From: Octopus vulgaris
Taxonomy: Eukaryota
Assembly: GCA_951406725.2 (NCBI GenBank)
Contig: OX597819.1
Coordinates: forward strand, 106,082,001 to 106,146,000
DNA: 64,000 nt
Direction: 5' to 3'
Every line of letters begins with the position of its first letter. Positions within the stretch are counted from its first letter, which is position 1. A program made the position numbers and the translations under genes. This document shows, piece by piece, positions 12,612 to 23,709 of the stretch. The notes beneath the pieces are model-generated. The model did not search any database, was not told the DNA's origin, and was given only the letters and a program-made list of their open reading frames with translations.

Positions 12612-12767
12612 TACACACACACACCCACCCACTCACACACACATGCACACTCACACACACACACTCACACACACACTCACACATGCACACACACACACAC
12701 ACACACAAACTCTCTCTCACACACACACTTGCATTTTCTAATAATACTTCTTATTGTGCGTATGTTA

Positions 12768-12835
<68 letters not shown>

Positions 12836-12872
12836 GAATGGAGTTGAACGACGAATTAACAAAATTCCTTTA

Positions 12873-12955
12873 TTTTCGACATATGTTTCGAAGGCTGCAT
12901 ATTCCTAATTGCAAAGGAATAAGGAGTATATTATGCCGCTTTCTCATCAGGAAAA
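12873..12955 (-). ncRNA. Minimal type I hammerhead ribozyme with intact core and GUC cleavage site
   Basis: The minus strand reads TTTTC-CTGATGA-GAAAGCGGCATA...TATGCAGCCTTC-GAAA-CATAT-GTC-GAAAA. Stem I is TTTTC/GAAAA, stem II is long, and stem III is the palindrome ACATATGT. Confidence 0.85.
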
Positions 12956-13024
12956 GCAAGGGACTTATGTCAACATCAAGATGCACAAAAAACTTTTAGA
13001 TGACTGCTCACACGGAGCCCATAG

Positions 13025-13179
<155 letters not shown>

Positions 13180-13236
13180 TACATATATATATATATCTTT
13201 ACATATACATACACATTTATATTGTAATATCGTAAA

Positions 13237-13561
13237 GTGCAGGAACGTTGCTTATGTGGTCAGGCTATTCGGCCTACGATCGTAAGGCCGTGAGTTCAAT
13301 TACCGACGATGCATTGTGTCCTTGAGCAAGACTCTTTATTTCCCTCTGCTCTATTCCACTCAGCTGGCAAAAATCAGTATTAATTGTATTTCAAAGGGTC
13401 AGCTTTGTCACACTATATGCCACGCTGAATCTCCCAGAGAGCTATGTGAATGGTACACGTGTTTGTGGAGTGCTCAGCAACTTGCACGTTAATTTCACGA
13501 GCAGGCTGTTCCGTTGATCGGATCAAATGGAACGCTCATCGTCGTAATCGACGGAGTGCCC
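13237..13561 (+). mobile_element. tRNA-derived SINE (head D + tail 1) with 10-bp TSD ATATCGTAAA
   Basis: B box GTGAGTTCAATT; body TGTGTCCTTGAGCAAGAC...CCACTCAGCTGG. The TSD is at 13227-13236 and 13562-13571. Confidence 0.85.
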
Positions 13562-13620
13562 ATATCGTAAAATATACACGTATATACAAATATATATGTA
13601 TGATATAAATATATATATGT

Positions 13621-13966
13621 AGGCGCAGGAGTGGCTGTGTGGTAAGTAGCTTGCTTACCAACCACATGTTTCCGGGTTCAGTCCCACTGCGTGGCACTTT
13701 GGGCATGTGTCTTCTACTATAGCCTCGGGCCGACCAAAGCCTTGTGAGTGGATTTGGAAGACGGAAACTGAAAGAAGCCCGTCGTATATATGTATATATA
13801 TATATATGTATATGTGCGTATATGTATGCTTGACAAACGTAACTTAGCGGTAGAATAAGAACTAGGCTTACAAAGAATAAGTCCTGTGGTCGATTTTCTT
13901 GACTAAAGGCGGTGCTCCAGCATGGCCGTTGTCAAATGACTGAAACAAGTAAAACAGTAAAAGAGA
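13621..13966 (+). mobile_element. tRNA-derived SINE family B with internal microsatellite, partly deleted
   Basis: Head AGGCGCAGGAGTGGCTGTGTGGTAAG...CCGGGTTCAGTCCC; tail GGCGGTGCTCCAGCATGGCC...TGACTGAAACAAGTAAAA. It is multicopy in the window. Confidence 0.9.
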
Positions 13967-14063
13967 TATGAACATGTGTGTTCGTGTCTACAAAACTACT
14001 GCACAAAATACAGTAGCCCATAAAGTCCACCAAACTCCTGAATGCTGTGCTCCTGAACAATTA

Positions 14064-14330
14064 TAATATAAAGACTGAAACCATATAAAGACTGAGTATT
14101 AGCGCGCGTCTACGATTTTAAAAATAATTTACCATCATTTTTTTTTTCCATTTTAATGCATTTTTTCGCTATTATGTAAGGGAAGTAACTCTCTAAAAAT
14201 GTCTACGATGAGTCAACGATATTAAAAAAAAATTACCATCATTTTTTTTCCATTTTGGCTATAACTCTCTAAAAATGCTTATATAGTTATTTCCCTTACA
14301 AACCCGATCAACGCCGGGCGATACTGCTAG
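14064..14330 (+). mobile_element. Non-autonomous Helitron
   Basis: The 3' end AAACCCGATCAACGCCGGGCGATACTGCTAG|T has a subterminal CCCG/CGGG hairpin plus CTAG before T, the same terminus as 26520-26894. The 5' end is approximate. Confidence 0.75.
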
Positions 14331-14659
14331 TATAGAATAAAATAATTCAGCAGAATTCAATATGTAATTAAGAGTATTTGGATAATTATAACTGGCTAGA
14401 ATTTCAATTACTTGAAACCTTAATATCAATAAAAATATTGGAAATTACAATGAAAATTTCTCGATATTTTTGAATGTTTGATCAATTGATTAATTAATTA
14501 ATTCAGCAAAACCGATGAGGGACATATTTTCTGCTATTGTTTTACCTTTACTTTATTGTTCCTGAAATTAACATCGGTTTTTCTGAATACTTTTGCAATT
14601 ATCCCGTATCATTGTTTGTGTGCGTGTGTGTGTATAAGAACGCACACACACACACAGGG

Positions 14660-14707
<48 letters not shown>

Positions 14708-14969
14708 GCACACATGGACACACAGATAAACACACATATATGCATACATATAGATATATGTATAAAAGACATAAATATATAGATAGATAGATAGAGAGAG
14801 AGAGAGGCGGAGAGAAAAAGAATAGATTAGACACATATTTAACTATGTTCCTCCTGCTTCTACCTTTTTTGTTTCTTGGTTGTCCTCCCTTCTTATTCTC
14901 CTAGATATACATGTGCGTGTGTGTGGGCGTATGCGTATGCATATATATGTAAGTATATATGTACTTACG

Positions 14970-15003
<34 letters not shown>

Positions 15004-15104
15004 TATTTATTTAAATTTATATGTCTATGTACATATATATACATTCACATATACATATACATGCGCGTGCATACACACGTACACATACATGTCAGTATCT
15101 ATGT

Positions 15105-15456
15105 GGATGGATGGAAGCATTCCGTCGGTTACGACGACGAGGGTTCCGGTTGATCCGAATCAACGGAACAGCCTGCTTGTGAAATTAACGTGTAAGTAGC
15201 TGAGCACTCCACAGACACGTGTACCCTTAACGTAGTTCTCAAGGATATTCAGCGTGACACAGAGAGTGACAAGGCCGGCCCTTTGAAATACAAGTACAAC
15301 AGAAATAGCAAGTAAGAGTGAGAGAAAGTTGTGGTGAAAGAGTACAGCAGGGATCACCACCATCCCCTGCCGGAGTCTCGTGGAGCTTTAGGTGTTTTCG
15401 CTCAATAAACACTCAGCGAGTCCGCTGCCCTAACCACTGGGCCATTGCGCCTCCAC
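15105..15456 (-). mobile_element. tRNA-derived SINE (head E + tail 1) with 12-bp TSD CAGTATCTATGT
   Basis: The minus-strand head is TGGAGGCGCAATGGCCCAGTGGTTAGGGCAGCGGACTCGC. The 3' ~190 bp are shared with 13237-13561. The TSD is at 15093-15104 and 15457-15468. Confidence 0.9.
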
Positions 15457-15643
15457 CAGTATCTATGTATCTATGTATGCATATGGGTGAACATTTGTAC
15501 CAGCGATTTCCTGAACTTTTGTTTCTAGAATCATTTTGGATTATCAGATTTTCCATTTTCCGAACCAAGATAAATCCGCCTAATAACAGAATACATCTCG
15601 GAGCTATTAATTACAAAACCATACGTTTCTATAGCAACCCAGA

Positions 15644-15692
<49 letters not shown>

Positions 15693-15939
15693 ATTAAATA
15701 TTACATGATTAAATTAAATATGCAAACATGAAATTTATTTATACTGTTTCTGTCTATAAAACAATCATCACTTAAACAAATTGATATACAAAATTCATTT
15801 AACTGTGAATTAAATTATTTAATGAAACGAATCACATTATACCGAACTAATAATAAAAAAACTTGAAGCCTTCAAGGTTGGGGATATAATGATTACTGTC
15901 CGTTTCATATTTCTGTGTTTTCTTCATGGACTTTCGAAG

Positions 15940-16092
15940 CTTTAGGAGGAAGATCCGTGTGATGTCGAAGGGTAAAGATATCCTGATATTAGCTGAGTAA
16001 TTTGACACGTTAGTTGATTGCTTTTGTAAGTATTTAATCGATTCGACGTTGCTTCATATACAGTCATTATTCCCTGCGTAATCTTCAGATCA
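15940..16092. repeat. 153-bp dispersed direct repeat, copy 1 (copy 2 at 21702-21854)
   Basis: CTTTAGG.GGAAGATCCGTGTGATGTCGAA...GCGTAATCTTCAGATCA aligns without gaps to 21702-21854. Confidence 0.9.
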
Positions 16093-16962
16093 TTCTCAGG
16101 GTAATCTCTCATGCTTCAATATAAAGAGTTATTATCTCTTGTTCTGTCATGAAGAGACATTGCTCAATTCCTTTGATTACTTCACCCAGCATCTCAGCTT
16201 ACTAATATTAAGCCTTCCAATTAGATTTGCTCCATCGTTATCTCTATCAGTTTCTGTATTTTTATCAGAAATCACAATCAGATCTATAATGTTGGATTAA
16301 GTATAGAGATTCACAAGTGTTTCTTCGTTAGCGTTCCTCTAGTCAACAAGGTTTTTGTCATTAACCCTACTTGGCACCAGATTCCCTTACACATTTAACA
16401 TATTCAAACATCTTTCTACTTTACTATCTCAATTCCTGAGAAATCATTGTCAATATTTTGAGCAGGTAAATTTAGAAATATCAAGCAGGCGACAAGTAAT
16501 GTCAGCCATTATACCATACAGTAGCGACAAACTACATCTTTCTCAAATTACATTCTTTAATAAATATCTTTACAAACTTTTCAACATGTACTACACCTCT
16601 CATACATATAATGATAAGTGAGCAATACCTCATTTTCATATTCACAGTAATAGTTGGTCCTGTAAATGAAAATCGTGAGGCTTTGTTGCAAATATGTTAT
16701 AAAAATATTTTATAATATATGTTATAAAAACATCGTTACTACACAAGTTAGGATAAGCTAAAGTGTTGTACAGAATAAAAATAATTTTTCTACTTGGTGC
16801 TTCAACCAACGTGTGGTGTGTTTTATCATCTGGCACAAAATTCTTTCCAACACATTGTAAATATACCTCAATGGAAACCCAAGCATCCTTTTATTTTTCT
16901 AGGACTATTTCTAGGAAAATATTGACGCCGTTCGAAGCTCTATTGCATTATTGTTTCTAATC

Positions 16963-17064
16963 TCAATTTTTACCTATTTCACGGCGTTTCATCATAGCCA
17001 GTTTATCTTCCAGCGTTATGGCATGATGCTTTACAGTTTCTCTATGAATTTTCTTAGGAGCCAT
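16963..17064 (-). pseudogene. N-terminal fragment of a pogo/Tigger-like transposase (CENP-B/psq-type HTH)
   Basis: It translates MAPKKIHRETVKHHAITLEDKLAMMKRREIGKN*, resembling the 'RK.ITLE.KL.II.R.E.G' start of pogo-family transposases. Confidence 0.55.
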
Positions 17065-17526
17065 GGGGGTAAAAAATAAAGTCAGAAATGAAATAGAATG
17101 AGAAAGTAGCCGGTAAACAGATACAAACAAATCTGAATTCAAAACGCGAGAATCACGAGTGACAACGACGCTTAACGGCAGATATTGAAACTACAGTGCA
17201 TTATGTTCTCCGAAAGACCGATAAAAGAAGACACACCTGATTTCATGAATTTGTTCATAAGTTACGCTACTTATGGTGTGTATTTTAACATTTACTTTAC
17301 GAATTTTAATACGATTTTATATGATTTTATCCTTATTATTTATTGTAAAGTAACATGATTTAAAGTCAAGTAAAATGATTGATTTTTATTTTTCCATATA
17401 TTGCTTTTGAAAACCGTATAATCGAGAAAGACTTAAATAAAAACGGCTGAAGCAGAAGTATGCTGTATTTAAATGTTCAACCTAAAAGAAACACACACAA
17501 ACATATACATGTGTGTCAATATATAG

Positions 17527-17712
17527 AGAGCATTCACAAAAAAACAAAAGACGAAGATATTTGGTGTTGACAACTAACAGTTGTGTTAGCTTAACGCTCG
17601 GGAAGTGAAAAAGTATTTAATGTTTCGAGCCTACGCTCTTACACAGAAGGAAACACATGAAGAAACAAGGGGAGAAACTAAAAATGGGTAGTGGCTAGCG
17701 ATCTATCATGGC
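17527..17712 (-). mobile_element. PLE terminal-repeat fragment (family C) with a variant hammerhead-like motif
   Basis: It is homologous to 31290-31470 and 53250-53432. The minus strand reads CTGTGTAAGAGCGTAGGCTCGAAACATTA. Confidence 0.7.
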
Positions 17713-17751
17713 GAATGTGTCAATGTATACATATACATACAAAGAACTGCT

Positions 17752-17826
<75 letters not shown>

Positions 17827-18627
17827 ATAGGAAAAATTATATCATAAAAATCACAGTACAAATACGTCAATAATATAAACAATATTGTATTAATAAATAA
17901 AAATATAAAATATAGCTATGATCATTTAAAATGATTTGAGAGATTTTACAATCGTTTCATAATTATACTACATTTCGAAATGAAATTCAAAGTTGATAAC
18001 CGTTATTAGGAAATATATCTAATCACCAGAGAAAAGGATAAATTTCATTGTAGTAAATCGAATGATAGAGATGCTATTTAAAATCGTATGATGTTTTGTT
18101 TAAAAAGTTATCGGTATAGATGTGTATTGGTATAAATTTGGGCTAAAGATTTTTAAAAATAATAATCTATACAAATAACTTTTTAAACAACACCTTGTCG
18201 GGGACATCTGTACTTCATTGGATTTCAGTGACAAACGCTTGTACAACACATTTGCCACTCTCTGGGTCAAAATAGTAGATTCCAATGACAAGCCAAGCAA
18301 GATGACTAGAACTAAGTTGACAGCAGGTACAATCATCGTATAATCATCACTTTTCTATGGTGTTAGAGGCATGGCGACGCATGCAGATTTGACCGGTTGG
18401 AAGCATACATTTACAAATCTGCTGTAGGGCGGCAGGGTTCTTATCTTAACATCGCTAACATGTTTTCATATTCTTGAGCAGCCCTTTTGAAGGAGAAGGC
18501 TGCTCACCTGGATATACTAAGAAGGTGCTAGAAAAGGAGCAATAAATATTGTCTGTCCTCTCTCTTCTGATTAGTTTACTGCGGCTAGCGGTGGTTCAAT
18601 TTAGCAGGAATGATATATATAACCAAC

Positions 18628-19620
18628 CAAAATTTAATTAACCTATTTATAACCCTTTGTAATTTTTCATTAGAAACATTTTGAAGGTAGAGTAGACAAT
18701 CATCACAATATAAACCTGTATTGATGTCTGGGAATTGGTCATCCATTTCATATATATACCGACCAAATCAGTCAGTTGTGCCGAGTCAGAACTTACCAGC
18801 GTGACATCAACATTGTCAAGTGTATCTTTTCGGACCCATAGCTAATTTTCAAATTTAATGATTGATTTTCTGGCAGCTAACACCACATTAATTTCATCTC
18901 GGGTGAGACCAGCTTTGTTGTGTGCAAACTGGAGTGCTTTGTTAAGTACAATTGGGTTAATAGAGAAATAGCAACTAGAAATGTCGAACTGGATAAACTT
19001 GGTGCACTCCTTGTTATTAATAGAATTAAACTAGTCGACCACTTGGAACGAATGAGAGCATAAATTAAGCCTTAATTTTTTTAACATAAGAAGGAATATA
19101 TTTATCTAGAATATTTTTGCTAAGTACACCGATATCAGAGCAAGAAGGACAAATAAGTCGTAAGGTTGGGTTCTTAAAAAATTTGGTTTGTGGTCTTTTG
19201 AAATAAAACAAGGTTGTTTAGGATTAAGAAGTTCAGTCTTAATTTGTAACTTATATTTATCCATAATTTCTTATCCTCAAGGTTGGTTTTCCTGATAGCA
19301 CTTTTACTAGTAATCCTATAATTCATTTGTTTTTCTTTCCTAAGTAATTCTAGGTTGTAATCCTTGGTAAGTCTATATATGTTTCCTGTTTTATCAAAGT
19401 GAACCAGTATACTGTCAGTGTTGTGAATTTCTTTGATGATATTGTGAAGATACCTCAGATGTTTATTCCTTAACGGTGAACGATGGAATTTCACATTCCT
19501 CAAGATAGACCAGAGATCGTCTTCAAACGGTTTCAATCTTGGGCTGGCTGGAGAATTGATTTTAGATTTAAACGATTTGCTGAATTCAGAAGTGAGATCG
19601 TTAGAAGGTTGTTTAATTTT
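18628..19620 (-). pseudogene. Penelope-like element RT domain (inverted 5' portion), disrupted
   Basis: The minus-strand translation contains PFEDDLW, FDKTGNIY, KDHKPNF..NPTLRLICP, FIQFDISSCY, DVTLVSSDSAQLTDLVGIY and GLYCDDCL (a YRDD-type active site), all PLE-type RT motifs. Confidence 0.85.
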
Positions 19621-21070
19621 TCCGAAACATGGAAAATATTTTCGATGATGATATTGTCAAAGAAAACTTTTTGGATATTACCTTTAACTTATATAATGAT
19701 TCATATTTCACATACCATAAACCCTCATCTAATTAAAAATATATTAGCTCTTTCAGTAATCATCCGAAGACTATTACAAGGCACTTAGTGAGAAATATTT
19801 CACTTAGACTTTCTAGATTATCTGCTAATGTTGATTTCTTTAACGATAAAGCCGAATTTTATAATTCTCCTTTATTTAAGGACGCTATAAATTTTAGTTC
19901 GAATAACAACAATAAATCGAAAAATGTAATTTTGCAGCGTAAGGGAGATCATAATAAAAATAAGTCTAGGACTTTGAAAGATAATTACCCAAATAACAAG
20001 GTGTGTCCTTGTAAAACACTTTGGCTTATCATTCCATTTGATAAGCAGATCAAATCCAACCTCCATTACCAGCTTCGTGAAGCTATAGATAAGAATTTTC
20101 CAAATAAATCCAGATACCATTTCATTATCAATTCACAGCGAATTAAGATAGGTTTTTCAAACACCAAAAACCTTTCACGAATAATTTCTTCGCATAACCA
20201 TAAGTTGTTAAATACAAATCCACTTAATGAAAATAATAACAGTGATATTATTAACGCTAGCCATTCTTTGAACAATAATAACAAATAAATTCGAATCGTA
20301 TTCGTTTCCTTAGCAGTAATTCTAAGACTAGAAACTCTGTGTGACAATGTAAAATTACTTCCGGTTCTGATTTCTATTTGTTTATATTGTTAGCTCATCG
20401 TCTCAGTTATCGAAAAGAATAACTAGCCATTACTCTACATTTAGACATATCAATAAACGCAACAATACTGGGTTTAGTGAATTAATTTGGTCCCTAAAGG
20501 ATCATAATAGATCATTCCCATATGACAAAAGTTAATCTTTTTGTCCGCTCTGTAACGAAGAGCAATTTCTCATCCTTTTCTCGGAAAATACTCTTGTAAA
20601 CACGTTTAAAGAACGCTTTTACCGTTGCAAACATTGGCAAAGACATACCTTTAGTTCATATAGGTAATTTTTACCAATCTATAAAATTCAACCTTTAACT
20701 GTCTTCTTACACTTCATTTCCTCTAAATATATCTATTTCCACGTTTGTAAATGTAATTCCCATTCATCTATCTTACTATATTTTTTCACTCTTAATTTTC
20801 TTCCTTCTCTTTCTCTTAATTACCTTTGACGTTAAATCTATTAACGGTTTTAAAACAAATAACTTGCTAGGGTTCCCCTTACATCATATACGCGGTAATC
20901 ACATTCGGTTAAAATGGCTTATTGATGTGTTTTGTTCCTTTTTCCCTGATGAGATGACTGCATTGTCTTGTCTTATTTGTATTCCCTCCGGAATAATCTC
21001 AATGCTGTTTTCGAAACATGTTGGAAGTATAAATGATGTGAATAACACCTGCGTTTGATTCCATTTCTTA
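19621..21070 (+). mobile_element. Penelope-like element 3' portion: RT thumb, decayed GIY-YIG region and terminal repeat with hammerhead
   Basis: The plus strand gives NFLDITFNL..YHKP..SNHPKTI..NISLRLSRLS, LWLIIPFDKQIKSN..IDKNFP..IISSHNHKLL and KRITSHYSTFRH...SELIWSLKD. These match PLE C-terminal regions, and it ends in the hammerhead at 20942. Confidence 0.85.
20942..21026 (+). ncRNA. Minimal type I hammerhead ribozyme with intact core and GUU cleavage site
   Basis: TTCC-CTGATGA-GATGACTGCATTG...CAATGCTGTTTTC-GAAA-CAT-GTT-GGAA. Stem I is TTCC/GGAA and stem III is the palindrome ACATGT. It lies at the 3' end of a PLE. Confidence 0.85.
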
Positions 21071-21701
21071 AATTATCCGTATATATGAAAGTAGAATTTT
21101 AATTTTAAGTACTTCTTAGTTTCCTTTAGGGGTGACGAATTAGGCAAATTCTACTGCAGAAATCTTGTTCTCTATTTTTCCAGGTGTAATAACTTGAGAA
21201 TATTAACATGCACACCCCGCATTTTCCATTCTAATCAGCTTTTTTTCCAGACAATGCAATACAACTAATAGATATTTTTTTGTTGAAAAATATTTTAACT
21301 ATTTTTCATTGTTGATGATTGAATTAAAATAAGAATTTTATGTTTTTTCTTTTAATTTTCACAGATTTTCTCTTAGATTCTAAAAATAAGAAAAAAGTTA
21401 TCTGGACACAGTTTCGATGCATTGGCTAGTATAAAAACGATTTTAAAATGCAAAATTAGCCAATGCATCCACCGTAAGGCACGAGTAGCTACTTGCCCTT
21501 TTGCTTTTCCTGAACGGCATTACTAGAAAACTTCAAGTCTGCCCATTGAGAGAAAGAGTCAATAACAATTTTGTATCTTTAAATTTGGGGAAATAAATTT
21601 CTTTTTATGAAGTTTTCAAATATATGCTAAAATTCCATATTATAATCCAATTTCCATAAACCAATTTAAAACAGCAATTTCTATAAATAATATATAATCC
21701 A

Positions 21702-21854
21702 CTTTAGGGGGAAGATCCGTGTGATGTCGAATGGTAAAGATATTCTGTTATTAGCTGAGTAATTTGACACGTTAGTTGATTGCTTTGTAAAGTATTTAGT
21801 CGATTCGATGTTGCTTCATATACAGTCATCATTTCCTGCGTAATCTTCAGATCA
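21702..21854. repeat. 153-bp dispersed direct repeat, copy 2
   Basis: Gap-free alignment to 15940-16092. Confidence 0.9.
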
Positions 21855-22275
21855 ATCCAGCTTTTGACCAGGATGGTTTTCCACTAATCCTCCTTTAAAT
21901 CGTGCAAACGTACCCTGACAAAACCACTACATGTGCTCTTCCAGAATTTCCAAAAACAGAACCATTTAAAATATTTATTAAAGATTTTGTTCATAGTTCA
22001 TTTTTAGATCACATAGAGAGGAAGTAAATTTTACGTTGTCAAATACATTTAGAAGTGTTTTTTTTTTTTAAATAAAAAAATAATAATAAACCTTTTCAAT
22101 AGATGCATCTGAAGCCTGTGGAATAGCCGAACCCTGCAAAACCTGAAGCACCACGCAATCTGAACGAAACTTTTGGGAATAATACGTGTGACTCCGAATA
22201 AATGTATCAAGCGCTCTTTCCTTTCGTTTGTCCACTCACCCGTATATTTGTGTGTGTATATAATATATACTCTCT

Positions 22276-22344
22276 CTTTTTACTCTTTAACTTGTTTCAG
22301 TCATTTGACTGCGGCCATGCTGGAGCACCGCCTTTAGTCGAGCA

Positions 22345-22345
<1 letters not shown>
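22276..22345 (-). mobile_element. 3' tail of SINE family B
   Basis: CTTGTTTCAGTCATTTGACTGCGGCCATGCTGGAGCACCGCCTTTAGTCGAGCAA is the reverse complement of the family B tail. Confidence 0.85.
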
Positions 22346-22441
<96 letters not shown>

Positions 22442-23504
22442 CGTATATATATATAAATATAAATACTCATGGTTAGAGAGAGATAGAGAAAGCTAGAGAC
22501 AGATAAATTGATAGAGTGCGAGAGCGAGAGAGAGAGAGAAAGAGAGGGCGAGAGAGAGAGAGGGAGAGGTAGATAGTGTGTGCGCGTCTAGTTGTGGATC
22601 TGAACTGTACACCATCGTTAGCAAATCATATTTATTAATTGTTTTACATATTGCACTGCGGGTATGCTGTGACATCGGTTTGAAAGTTTTGCACCGAATG
22701 ATTCTACCGCAGTACTTTTGTCAAATCTGGTACTAAATCTGTTGGATTTCTTTGCCGAACTACTAAGTTAGAGAGGCGTAAACAACACTGCATGGGTTGT
22801 GAACTGATCTGCCTGTGTGTGTATGAGAGTGTTTGGGAGAAGAGACATATATATGTAGGTGCGATATCTATGGACAAGCCCTATATACCAGTCGACATTT
22901 TACTGACTGTGTGATGCAAATTTAGGTTCTAGGCACCCTACGTTTCTCTTTCATAAGATATAGAGGTTAACACTCACAGCTATGACTGTACCATGGGTGG
23001 CATACTGGTGAATTTCTCTGATATTCCGTCATGATTTCTATCTTTTTAGGCTCGAGAGAATTTTTTAATTACTTGTTGAAATTCTTTGTTAAGGATACGA
23101 TACTGGCAAAATATTAATTGCTTTTTTTTTCTATTAAATCGAATCAAATAATCAATATGATTGTCTCTTATTTAATTTCATTAGCCCACACTAATTAAAT
23201 TGAAATTAAATATACAGTATGAGAGCATGTTAAATTAGAATGTAAACACATGGAAACAAATAAAGAGGAAAATATTTGGCAAATATATTACGTTAAATAT
23301 TTAAAAAAAATATAGCTCATATTTAGTTCTAGGCTAGTAAGTAGAGTGATATATATATAACATACACCAAGATATTAAGATATATTAGATAAATTATAAT
23401 ATAAGCTGGCTATATCAATTAAAACTAAAAAGGAAAATTAATAAATGAATGTGCAAAATAACACCTACAATTGCTAGCAGTTGTAGGTGTTATTTTTCAC
23501 CCTC

Positions 23505-23558
<54 letters not shown>

Positions 23559-23584
23559 ATATATACATATATATATATACATAT

Positions 23585-23619
<35 letters not shown>

Positions 23620-23661
23620 CATTTATGTATATGTGTGTTTGCTTGTTTATGTCTATGTATG

Positions 23662-23709
<48 letters not shown>

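Noticed and set aside
14110-14280. Short spaced repeats suggestive of a CRISPR-like array
   Set aside because: There are only two units, inside a non-autonomous Helitron. The context is eukaryotic with no cas genes, and there is no CRISPR array anywhere in the window.
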